From Macrostomum lignano (taxonomy: Eukaryota), in assembly GCA_002269645.1 (NCBI GenBank), contig NIVC01002780.1, forward strand, positions 55,359-119,358: 64,000 nt of DNA. Direction: 5' to 3'. The position numbers and the translations under genes are program-made. The notes under the pieces were generated by a model, which was given only the letters and a program-made list of their open reading frames with translations, had not been told where the DNA came from and made no database searches. Shown here piece by piece: positions 41,734 to 54,400 of the stretch. Position 1 is the stretch's first letter; every line of letters starts with the position of its first letter.

Positions 41734-43783
41734 AGCAGCATGCAATAGAGTAGAGAGTTAGTTAAAGAGCATGAATACTTGATACGCGAGTTAACATATT
41801 TTCTTAAACCCCATTTTAAAAGTAAAAAATTCAGTCCGTCCCGAATAAGCTTGGATAAAAAAATTATTTTAAGCCAGGTTTGACTACCTAGATCATTATT
41901 GATAATTAAAGCACGTTTATCGAGATTAAACGAGTAAAGTATGAAAAGCGAAATGCTAGTCGGGTAATTATGAAAACTAAATAAGTGACAGAAAAAAGAT
42001 TCTAGTATGGAATCGTAAAAGAAGCAAAAACATTAAAATATGAGCTATAAATTTATGGTGTGCTTCCCACTCGATTTTTTGTGATAAAGAGAGTAAACCT
42101 ATCAAGAACCACACATGAACAATGAGCATGCATATTGAGAATGGATATCACTTTAAAAAAATTGGTTGGTGATTGGATATATATAAGGATCAGGTCATGG
42201 CTTAAAAGTACACAAACCTAAACAAAGGAACAAAATTCAAAGTATGCATGTATTAAAATGTTATTGAAAATATATCTATAGCAGTTTTTATTTTAAATCT
42301 TAGCCAAACCAGATTATTAGAAGCATCCAACGGAAGATGCTTCTAATAATTTAGATATTGGTTTTGCCTTTGTATGTGGCAGTCTCGAATAAACCTATCA
42401 ATTCAACACCAGTAGTCAGTAGAGAAAGATTTCTAAATTTTTATTTTTAATTTAGATAATTACAAATGAATCACTAGCTACATAGATACATAAGCATAAA
42501 CATTTAAAATTTCCTATGATTTTCTATTTCCTATAAAGAATGCATAGAAACTATTTTATTTATGAAAAAATGGACTCCTATTGATATATTATACGTTTAA
42601 AATTGCATGATTTTAAGTGTGTCTGCCACAATTTTTGCATGGGTTTTATTATTAACTTACGATTATGAATGCGTTAAACTAGTCTAAGATATTGACTAAT
42701 GTGCAATAGGCTGAAAAATACTCCTATTTTTTAGTTTAAATAGTCCAGGTTGCCCTCTATTAATACGATTGTAATTGTATAAAAAGTTTATCATCAGTGA
42801 CCAAGTGTTGATTGAAGATTTTTTATTATTACAGTTCAGTGAGATACTTTAATAAGAAATTTCGGTAAAAAAGGAGTAGGAGGTGAAATACATGGCTTAA
42901 TCTTATGACTAATCGGATGGAACGATAGTTTTGTTACATGATAAAGTTTCACTTAACTTATGATAGCTCATGACATTATAAATATACTAAAGTATTTCAA
43001 TTCAAACCAAACGTTACTGATGTAAATAGTAGACATTAAAACAAAAGTGAAAATATTAACTCGAAATTTAAAGGCAAAAAATAGCAATATTATCTCTTTC
43101 AAAGAGCTTTTTCAATGAGAAGAAGTGAATTTTTGTGTATTTATTTGAGATTTTATCTGATCAGCTGTTTATATAATTTTAAAAAGTCCAGTTATTTATC
43201 ATCGATAAACTGTGATTAAACTTTGTTGTCCGCTTTTGTGCAAGTGACGACAAGTCGACATGTAGACACGAGTTTAAGAAATACTGCAATCAACGATTTG
43301 TGCGAGCAGATGTGACTGTATAAATTCTAAATTTTAGTAGATACTACAAAAGTATGTTCTTACTCACCTCGAGTCAGCCTTTAGCCAGCTGCCCTGCCTC
43401 TAGAGTATAGAATTAGATTATTCTTTAAATTAAAGTTTAATAGACCACTATTGTATATTCTCTTTATAGGAAAATTTCTTAAAATATATTTTGCTATCAA
43501 CAAAGTCAATTTTACAAAGTTTTGCTCTTTTTTCATAACAAGGCCTAACTAAATTTTTTGTAGGCCTAGTATATCAGAGTAGGCCTAACACTAACTAACA
43601 TAGTAGTCCTAATAACATAATCATAGGCGATAGGCCCAAGTCAACCATGTCAACCATATTAGGCTGAGTAGCGCCTATTATACTTTAGCCTTTTTATGCT
43701 TTTGGCAAAGATGGTTCTAGCAATGACCTTGTAACTTGTAAGTTCTTGGCCTAAGACTAAGAGCAACAAATATGGCAATGGCT

Positions 43784-44152
43784 AGAGTTCTGGCACCGGA
43801 ACCCATTTTCTAATGGCTATGGATCCGGCAGTGCCATTATAATATAGATGGAACATTATATTTTTCTTTCTACAGGTGGCTGATATTGAGATTTTGTTCT
43901 AGATTAAAATTTAAGACTATATGATAAGATTCGGGATGAGATGCTTCTAATATTCAGACTTCTTAAGATATGTTTTTAGGGCATAGTTCTAGTTTACTGC
44001 GTTAAATTATTTTGCCCTCTATTCAAGGGTAGGGGGGTTGGAATATAATGAAGTAAACTAGAACTATGCCGTTTTTAGCAGTCTTTATATGCTTCTATAC
44101 GGCACTGCTGGATCCCTAGCTATTAGAAAACAGGTTCTGGTGCCGGAACTCT
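43784..44152. mobile_element. Decayed MITE with 53-bp terminal inverted repeats
   Basis: 43784-43836 versus the reverse complement of 44100-44152: 45/53 identical. A second internal 17-bp inverted repeat (GCATAGTTCTAGTTTAC / GTAAACTAGAACTATGC) is present. Confidence 0.75.
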
Positions 44153-45164
44153 GACATTACCGACAAATATAGACAAGGCTACTCAAACAAATTTACTTTT
44201 AACTTTAGAATTAAATTAAATTATAGAGCTTTTCTTCTCTTTACTACATGGTAGAAGAATTTTTAACAAATAATACAACTTTAATTCTGGTCTACTTACC
44301 ATATTTAGAAAAGTGTCATAATTATACTAGAAAAGATATTCTTAAAACCCTTTTTGACAATTGTAAAAAAAGTGCACATTTAATTATTTTTCAACTTAAA
44401 TGAACACCAATGCATATTTATTATGATGCGAGACATTTAATAACAAAACAGTTCAACAACATTGCACATCTTATTGGGTAGACAATGATATAATTTAATA
44501 GGCTTTAGTGCTAATCTAGTAGAGCATCCAACCAAATTGCTTTGTGGGATAAAGCTTGTGCCACATGTACTCTTCTAAATATATCTCAGAGTTGTTGCTG
44601 TGTGCTATGTATGGCCTGTAGCTTTGCCTTGCAGTATACATGTGCAACAGTTGGCCAAGTCGGCCGATCTAGCTGACTAATTTGGTGGCCAACCAAGGTA
44701 AGTCACAAAAATGCCCACCCAAATAAATACCCAAGTAGTACCCAAATTTTGGAGGTTGTGCATATATGCCTGCTTCAGTCGCTGCTCTGCTATGCCCTGA
44801 GCATGCACTACCCTAATACTGATACTATGTTGACTAGGGACCTGATGACTTGCACTGGTGTTCTTGCACTCAGTTGCACTATCTATAAATGTTGTCAGAT
44901 GTTACTTGGCCACTGCCTAAGAAGCCACAGCCGCGGCAAGCAAAATCTCAAAGCGCTGACTCTCTTGCATCAGCTCACTGAGTGCCTGCGCCATGGCCAA
45001 GGCCAAACTGTGATGCTAAATGATACATTTCTGACTGACTTGCAGGCCATTGGGCTTAGCCCCTAGTCTACCATGACTTGCCCCTCTTGGTTGTTCTGCA
45101 AATGCATTTGTGCAAAGTCTAGCTAGATCTCTTTTTGTCTATGCTACTCTGTGCATTGCTATAT

Positions 45165-45564
45165 ATGCACGGGCCTGCTAACTGTCTGTGATGATAGCTT
45201 CCAATGAGTATATATTGCTATACGATAAGTAGCAATGTAGCAGCCATATGGTTATTGATAGACAAATATACACTTAGGTGCACTATGCTTAATCATACCT
45301 AGAACCCACTATGCCTTGCAGTATGCCCATATCCTTTCAATCAGGTTAGTATGCACTGTTAGGTCCTAGGGATACACAAAGGCCAGCTGATAGTTCATGA
45401 CTACATAGTTAGGCAGCTATGCATAGGCCTGCTAACCATCTGTGATGATAGCTTCCAATGAGTATATATTGCTATATGATAAGTAACAATGTAGCAGCCA
45501 TATGGTTATTGATAGACAAATATACACTTAGGTGCACTATGCTCAATCATACCTAGAACCCACT
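45165..45564. repeat. Local direct duplication (~146 bp, offset 254)
   Basis: 45165-45310 is repeated at 45419-45564 with a few substitutions. Confidence 0.9.
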
Positions 45565-48500
45565 GACCAGGCTCATGCTGTCCCTGGTGGTACTTGTGAT
45601 AAAAGAATTATGACTTGTCAACTTCTATGTCATGTTTAGGACCACCAAGCTATATTTGGTGGTCAATGAGATACTAGGCACATGTCTCAAATGAAGTTCT
45701 ACCAATCCACAGCAGTAGACCTTGACACCTTGTTTTGCTAGGCACACTTGCTGCTTGGCATCTATTGCCCACTAAAAAAGATCAGGTTAACAATCTATTG
45801 GAGCTGCAGAAAACTTGCTTCAAAGAAGGAGCTCTTGTATATAGAGGCCTATAGTTTTGGACATGGTAGTTAGGACATGCCTGTGCAAAACCATCTATGA
45901 AGTGGGCACCCTCACATTGTTGTAGGCATATAGTAGGGGCACTAAGGCAGAATGAGCATGTGCACTAATTGGCTAGTAGGTGGTACATAGCCAGTTAATG
46001 ATGTCCTGTGGTGTGGCTGTTGGTTGGCTATCTTAAGCATTGTAAAATCCATATTATAGAGCTCCTAGGCCTGATATACCTACCTTAGGGGTAAAATGAA
46101 GGTTTGTGCAAGTGATATTTAGCCATCTAGTCACTGCAAGCAATGATCAAGGAAAATAAATTGAAACTTACTAAAATTAATGTTTGTAACAATTACACAG
46201 TTATAATTAAAAATCAGGGATTGCCCAATCTAAAACTATTATTATTATAACTAAACTGAATAGTTTTGTATTATCAAATGTGTTTCCCATCACAAAAATA
46301 TGCTTTGGTATTCATTTAAGTTGAAAAATAATTAAATGTGCACTTTTTAAATTGCCCCCCTTTTTGTATATCTAGGCTAAGGTCTATAGGCTATATTACT
46401 TAGGCCCTATTCCAAACTTCTTAGAAAATTTATATACTATAAATAAATAATATATATATATATAAATAAAATAAATAAATATATATATATAAGTTCAACT
46501 TTTTATATTAATAGTGGTTTCTAAATTATTTGTTATACTATTAAAATAAATAATAAATGTAGGGATCCTAGAATAGTCATTATAATAATTTTGTTATGTT
46601 TAAATAGAAAGGAATATTTTTAGTTACTTTATTATTTGGCTAATTAGAAAGCAAAAATTATGGTTATAGATTAGTTTGTTAATTGGCCTATTATATGATA
46701 TATTATATGTTCTTCTTAGTCTTCTATTTTCTTTTTCTCTCTGTCTAACTTTGCAATCTTGTCTTTTATAGCAGCAGCAATAGCATATGCTTGCTCTTAA
46801 GCCAGATAAGCTACTGTATCCTATATTGCTTTTAAATGCTTCTTACATTCTAAACTTGCTTATTAAACTAACTGATGTTCATGATATCCTTGATCTTCAA
46901 TATATTGATAGAAACAATGTAAATAAGGCAGAGCAAATAAATTGCCATTAGACTATTTAGTAATAGGTCCTATAGCCAATTTCTATCTTTGCACAAGATT
47001 TTGTATTTAGTTTGCTTAACTTGTGCTCAATATTAATATGCCATAGGAGAAAAAGAGTCTTCCAAGCCAATTTTTTAGAACAGTTCTATATGTCTTGGCT
47101 TGTTATTCAATTTTTGGATCAAGTGCTAGTAGAGCTAAATAATCTCAACTCCAATTGTAATATATCAGTCCTATTTATATAGCAGGCCATGAAACATAAT
47201 TGCCTCTCAAGACACTTTCATTTGAATCTGTCACTACCAAATGGGTTGGCAAATTTTGCAGCTTGCAATACCCACAACTTCATTAGCAAGTAACAGAACA
47301 AGGCCACTTGTAGAGTTGAGTAGAACAAATTAGTTAAAGAAAAGTGAACCTTAGAAAATTGAAATAAAAGCCAACCTTTTAGTTATTGCATGTAATTTTT
47401 CTAATTGTGATATCTTTGCCAAATAGCTATTCTGAGCATATGGTATTCAAGTTTTATGCTTCTTTGCCTTTTCAATATACTTCTATTAAATGGAGCTACT
47501 AGCCACAGTGTGAATCAATGGCAATGCAAAGTTTTTTAATTTTAACTTTTAACTTTTAAAAAGTTGAAAATTTGTGACTCAGCTGACTTAAAAAGCTAGA
47601 GTGGAGTTAGGTAGAGCTTATAAACCCTAAGTACAACATTATATCTAGGGCTTTTAGATATTGGAAAACTTGCTGAACTTTAGGCTTCCTCTTTTCAATC
47701 TCAAAAAGGCAGCAAAGCTGCTAGCAGCAGTTGTATAACTGAATATAGCAATTCACTATGTCTATAATTTATAACTATTCTTTATACACCTTAGCAACTA
47801 CAAAGGTGTCTTCCTGAGCTTTTTCCTAGGTTTTACAAAAGTCATTAGCAGTATTGGCATAGCAAAAATAGTTATAGACTTGAGAAAGACTGGTATCAAA
47901 TAGTGCCTTATTTTATCCAGAAAGTGCCAATATTTTTCAAAGTAGTGCCAGTTTTGGGTATTTTATAAAGCACTATGTTGGCATTAGCCACCAAAATTTG
48001 GCTTTGGTATAATGCCAAATGTCTTTTACAGATAGTGCCAATGTTGAATATATAAGGATGAGGAACTATATGAGGAACTAGTTTGGCACTAGATGCCAGA
48101 TTTAGGCACTTTTGAAATGCTACATAGTGCTTAATTTTTAGTAAAAGGTGTAGTATATTGTTTAGCATTCAGTATATAATAGTATTGCAAGTGAATTAAA
48201 TTTGTAGCTCCTAGTATACAAAGCTTGTCAAAAAGGACAAAAGCAATGTCCTCTAGTCTTTAGGCCTAAAAGGAAATATCAGTTAGCATGTTTCCTCACT
48301 TGATATTTAGTGTACTCCTTAGTTTCCTTATTTCTCATTTTAGGAACAATCTTCTTTTGATTTCCTTACTTTATAGGGTTTATACAATTGAAATATTAGT
48401 TTATATACTTTTTGGACTCATATAGCCATTAATTGTTTCATGAACTGAAATAATATTAGAACTAAATAGATTTCTTCTTTTTTTTCTCTTATCTCTCTAA

Positions 48501-50239
48501 TTTAGTTATTATATATTACTAAGCAGACTTTATTGTTGAAAGAAACTTAAAAAATCATTCAATATACAATTATTTGCCAAACAAGAAAAGTGTGAATTTT
48601 AATTAGAATAAAATTGTCATACAAATATAATTTTACTACTAACAAAAGAAATACATTGTTTTTAAACAATAAAAAGAATAAAAAAAGCTTTTTAAACTTC
48701 AATGCATAGAGCAAAATGCTAAGTAAAAAAGCTTTATAAATTTTAATGCATTAAAGCAACTGCTAAGTATAAAAGCTTTGGACTATCAGGTGAACTTTGT
48801 CTTTTAGGTTTGGCTTCTTTGGCTTCCTGTAAATCAGGCCCATTTCTAGGCTGATAATGAATAGATGCTAAGCATAGAGGATATTGTAGACTATTAGGGC
48901 CACTTTTATAGGATTGTATAATTATATTGGGAAATTCTAAAAAAGTTTAGTTTGGATAGGTTAAAACCTTATAGTACAACTTTTGAAACAAACAATTAAT
49001 AGGTAGATAATATTTTAATGCAAAAAAGTTTGCTTTTGAGGCAAGAAAGTAGGTCAAACAGCCAAAAGGAAAGTTGTCATAATGAAAGTGCTGATTATAC
49101 AGAATTACACAAAGCTGCATTGAAATTTTTAATTGAATTTCAGCATTATTTAAATGAGTAAAAATGAGCTAAACTGAGCCTTAGCTCAGATAACATTGAA
49201 ATTTATGGTATTTTAAAAGATTCTTTTAAATAAAAAAATAATGGAAATGTTTAAAATTGATTAAAAAATTCCTAACAAATTTAATTAATTATTAAAAAAA
49301 TTCAAGTACTTATTTGTATGTTAAAACAACTTTAAGATTAAAATAAACTACAAGCTAAGTATTATAATAGTTGATCAAATTGTTTGGTAATTTCATTAGC
49401 AACATTGTTAAATATTAACAAGGCATGAGCATTTGTTAGTACATTAGTAGTATATTCTAGAGGTTGGACAAGTAGAAAATTTTGGTTGGACATGAAATTT
49501 TATGAAATTTTCAAAGTTGGGCATGATTGTGATTATGAATGTGAATTTCTCATTCATTTATTATGCAGACATGTATTATGAGCTTGTAAGTTACAAGCGT
49601 AGAAAGTAGCAAAATGAGCAAAGGAACCATTATATATTAGATACTCAGTAATGCTATCAAGTCAACAAATATATTACTGCTTTATACATTCGTGTTCATG
49701 CTTTTATTTTAGTAAATCAAATAGAAACATTACAATTTGAATAAAAAAGTTAAGCAGAAACTCACAAGCTCATGAATTTTATTTAAAGGAAATGGTCATG
49801 AATTCACAAAATTGTGATCATATCCAACCCCTAGTATATGCTTGACAACTTAATGTAAATGTTGTTACAACTTTAATAGTAGCAACAAAAGATAACAAAT
49901 AATATCTTTGAACTTTAGAGATAAATATTGAATGTTTGTTACATTTAAAAAAAGCTTTCTAAAAATGATTTGTAAAAACCAAAATAAAAGTAACTCAACT
50001 ATTTTTGTAAAAATCTAGATAGATGCATTTTGCACATGCATTTTGGGACTGTGGATTGTGGAGTTTAGGAGTTAGGAAGTTAAGAAATTTGTTGAGCTAA
50101 AGGGCTATTGAGTTTAGTGTTGTTATTGTTGCATGTGCATCTATAAACACCTAGTATTTAATTTTGAGCATATTATTATTTTGTTTTGTTTTAACATTCA
50201 GTGTTTTTGGGCACTACATGTCTATGCAACTAACTTTGC

Positions 50240-50960
50240 GATGGCACTATCTTTTTTGAGTGTTGGTATCATTGAGAAGCTCTTTTACTACTTCTACAAG
50301 CTGACTAAATGCTCGCTGCAAACTATTGTACACGGGATGGAGAATGCAGTCGCCAATTGCAACTAAGTTGGGTGCCAATTCTTTGAGAAGTGCCATGAGT
50401 CCTCCAACATTACCGCGCATTATATTTGCACTGCCTGATATGATTGAAATGCACTAACGGGGCTTCAAGTTCCGGCTGCCCAGTTTTTCAAGCACATTCT
50501 CCTTCAAGGCCTCAGCAGTTGCTCTGGGATGTTGAGCCCAAAAAAGAGAGTCTGTCATCACCTGGCACTGGTTGTCTCCCAGATGACGGACTATTGCAAC
50601 AAGCCACTGCTAACTTCTCACTCTGCTGCACTTCTTTTAGCACTTCCTTCTGCAGCTTAATACTGCCCTGTAGTGATACAAACTCGTGCTGTTTTCTTGC
50701 TATCTTGAGTATCATTAACAATAGAGTCTGCTAGAAGGAATCGCAGATGATGCTCAGCAAACATGATGGCAAGACGTATCTTGGCATCCATCTTCTTGTC
50801 AGGTGGCCAAGTGCTTTTCAGCCTTGCTTTTCATCTTTTCTTCACATAAACTGTATTCTTGTACAACTTGCAGTCCACAAATCCAGTGGATTGCACATGT
50901 CAGGCACCCAGGCAGTCGCCATTCATACCTTTCTAGCTGGCATGCTCATCTTTCCATGCT
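50240..50960 (-). pseudogene. Disrupted hAT-family transposase remnant
   Basis: The minus strand translates, with stops and frameshifts, to AIMFAEHHLRFLLADS (cf. AEHNLPFxxADH), ATAEALKENVLEKL, ISGSANIMRGNVGGLMALLKELAPNL (cf. SDGANVMxG) and DCILHPVYNS (hAT CxxH motif). Confidence 0.7.
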
Positions 50961-51413
50961 GTGCAGCGGGACTCCTCCTCACGTACTGGTCACTAATTGT
51001 GTTTGGCTACTAATACTAACTTACTATTTAACTTTCCAATTTTACTCTATAGTGTACCCTAGAACTGTATACTGTGCACAATATGTAACTATCAAAGACC
51101 ACATCTTCTAAGTACTGCTGTATTTACATTCTGCTTTTCAACTGCATGCAATAGTGATTATTGTGAAGTGTAGATGAAGTTTTTGCATATCTTCAATGTC
51201 ACTTTTTAGGCATTTGAGCTAAACTTTCGTTAATTTAAAATAAAAATAGAACACAGAGCTATACAAACTATAAAATAGTTTAAAATAATAACATCAAATT
51301 AATACTTCTGAGCAATAAATGATTGCATTTTGACTAGTATTGCTACAATATTCAAACTGAATTCACTGTTACAGCATCAAGCAATTCCATGATTTGCTTT
51401 GCAATTCAAACTT

Positions 51414-54400
51414 ATGGCAAGGAAAAGTAAGAAATCTGCTCGAGGAAAGAAGCAATCAGCAAAGTCATCATCAAGGTAAGTCAATTTCGGAAGCCTATTT
51501 TTATTGTCTAATTAAATAATTTACAGTTAAGAATCGTTTATTGCGTAAATCTTGTAAATTGGTTTGATATGTATGCAATACATTATGTTAGACATTAATA
51601 TACATCTATAAGTTCGGAAAAATTGCAGTTTTTAATTAGCTTTGCATTTCTGCTTTTCAGACGTAGCACTTCGAGTGCAGCGAGCAGCTCAATCGCCAGT
51701 TCGGTAAGTCACTCACTCGTCACACTTAGTTTCACTTTTTATTCTTAGATTAGAGCTTCCGAAGTTGACTGTAAAGTTTAGGGATTGAGAGGAGTTTAGG
51801 GACTGTGGAGTTTAGGGACTGTGGAGTTTAGGGACTGTGGAGTTTAGGGACTGTTGAGTTTAGGGATTGTGGAGTTTAGGGACTGTGGAGTTTAGTGACT
51901 GTGGAGTTTAGGGACTGTGGAGTTTAGTGACTGTGGAGTTTAGGGACTGTGGAGTTTAGTGACTGTGGAGTTTAGGGACTGTGGAGTTTAGGGACTGTGG
52001 AGTTTAGGGACTGTGGAGTTTAGGGACTGTGGAGTTTAGGGACTGTGGAGTTTAGGGACTGTGGAGTTTAGGGACTGTTGAGTTTAGGGATTGTAGAGTT
52101 TAGGGACTGTGGAGTTTAGGGACTGTGGAGTTTAGGGACTGTGGAGTTTAGGGACTGTGGAGTTTAGGGACTGTGGAGTTTAGGGACTGTGGAGTTTAGG
52201 GACTGTGGAGTTTAGGGACTGTGGAGTTTAGGGACTGTGGAGTTTAGGGACTGTGGAGTTTAGGGATTTTAGAGTTTAGGGACTGTGGAGTTTACGGACT
52301 GTGGAGTTTAGTGACTGTGGAGTTTACGGACTGTGGAGTTTAGGGACTGGAGTTTACGGACTGTGGAGTTTACGGACTGTGGAGTTTACGGACTGTGGAG
52401 TTTAGTGACTGTGGAGTTTAGGGACTGTGGAGTTTAGTGACTGTGGAGTTTAGGGATTGTGGAGTTTAGGGACTGTGGAGTTTAGGGACTGTGGAGTTTA
52501 GGGACTGTGGAGTTTAGTGACTGTGGAGTTTAGTGACTGTGGAGTTTAGGGATTGTGGAGTTTAGGGACTGTGGAGTTTAGGGACTGTTGAGTTTAGTGA
52601 CTGTGGAGTTTAGGGATTGTGGAGTTTAGGGATTGTGGAGTTTAGGGACTGTGGAGTTTAGTGACTGTGGAGTTTAGGGACTGTGGAGTTTAGGGATTGT
52701 GGAGTTTAGGGACTGTGGAGTTTAGGGACTGTGAAGTTTAGTGACTGTGGAGTTTAGGGACTGTGGAGTTTAGGGACTGTGGAGTTTAGGGACTGTTGAG
52801 TTTAGTGACTGTGGAGTTTAGGGATTGTGGAGTTTAGGGATTGTGGAGTTTAGGGACTGTGGAGTTTAGTGACTGTGGAGTTTAGGGACTGTGGAGTTTA
52901 GGGATTGTGGAGTTTAGGGACTGTGGAGTTTAGGGACTGTGAAGTTTAGTGACTGTGGAGTTTAGGGACTGTGGAGTTTACGGACTGTGGAGTTTACGGA
53001 CTGTGAAGTTTAGTGACTGTGGAGTTTACGGACTGTGGAGTTTAGGGAATGTGGAGTTTAGTGACTGTGGAGTTTACGGACTGTGAAGTTTAGTGACTGT
53101 GGAGTTTAGGGACTGTGGAGTTTAGTGACTGTGGAGTTTAGTGACTGTGGAGTTTAGGGACTGTGGAGTTTAGGGACTGTGGAGTTTAGTGACTGTGGAG
53201 TTTAGGGACTGTGGAGTTTAGGGACTGTGGAGTTTAGAGATTAGGAAGTTTATAAATTCGTGAAGTTGAAGGCCTGTGGAGTTTGGTGTTGTTAAAAGTG
53301 CCTCAAGAAGAGTCCAGACTAATAACCGCGATTGCTGCAGGCCGCCGATCGCCAGTCGCGCGGCAGCAGGAAGTCTCCGCACCGCCGGGACAGCTCTGAG
53401 ACGCAGCAGCGGCGGCAGTCTCAGTCAAAAGCCAAGCGGCATAGCCAGCCGTCGCGGTCTCAATCGGCCGTTGCGGCGTCGCGAAAGCGAAAAATTAGCA
53501 AATCGGAGCCTCTGTTGGAGGATAGTGAAAGCAGCAACAGCAGCAGCAGAAGCAGAGCCAATAGCCGGTCACAGCCGGCTGCCACCAGAGTGTTGCGCTC
53601 CGCTTCCAGGCGTCAAGCCCGCGAACAGGCATCGCTGGCGTCTCCCCAGCAGCAGCAGCCGCAGCCGCAGCCTAGCGAGCAGCAGGCTAACAGTTCGGAC
53701 TCGGCTCGTCAGGCCAGTTTGAGGTTTGTTTTCTGTTAATGCATTTGCTTTGCCTCCTGCTGCTTTTGTCTGCCTCTCCTGTTCTTTCACTGTTCCTGTC
53801 TTTTCTTTGTCTGTCTGCTTCCGCCTCTGTCTGCCTCTGACTGACCGTCTATCTGTCCTGTGTCTGACTGTCTGTCTATCTATCCTGTGTCTGACTGACT
53901 GTCTATCTGTCCTGTGTCTGACTGTCTGTCTATCTGTCCTGTGTCTGACTGTCTGTCTATCTGTCCTGTGTCTGACTGACTGTCTATCTGTCCTGTGTCT
54001 GACTGTCTGTCTATCTGTCCTGTGTCTGACTGACTGTCTATCTGTCCTGTGTCTGACTGTCTGTCTATCTGTCCTGTGTCTGACTGTCTGCCTATCTGTC
54101 CTGTGTCTGACTGTCTGTCTATCTGTCCTGTGTCTGACTGTCTGTCTATCTCTCCTGTGTCTGACTGTCTGTCTATCTCTCCTGTGTCTGACTGTCTGTC
54201 TATCTCTCCTGTGTCTGACTGTCTGTCTATCTCTCCTGTGTCTGACTGACCGTCTATCTGTCCTGTGTCTGACTGACCGTCTATCTGTCCTGTGTCTTAC
54301 TGTCTGTCTATCTGTCCTGTGTCTGACTGACTGTCTATCTCTCCTGTGTCTGACTGACCGTCTATCTGTCCTGTGTCTGACTGTCTATCTATCTCTCCTG

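Noticed and set aside
47930-47990. KIPKTGTT resembling a sulfotransferase PAPS-binding loop
   Set aside because: An isolated 8-mer in hypermutated DNA with no other family motifs seen.
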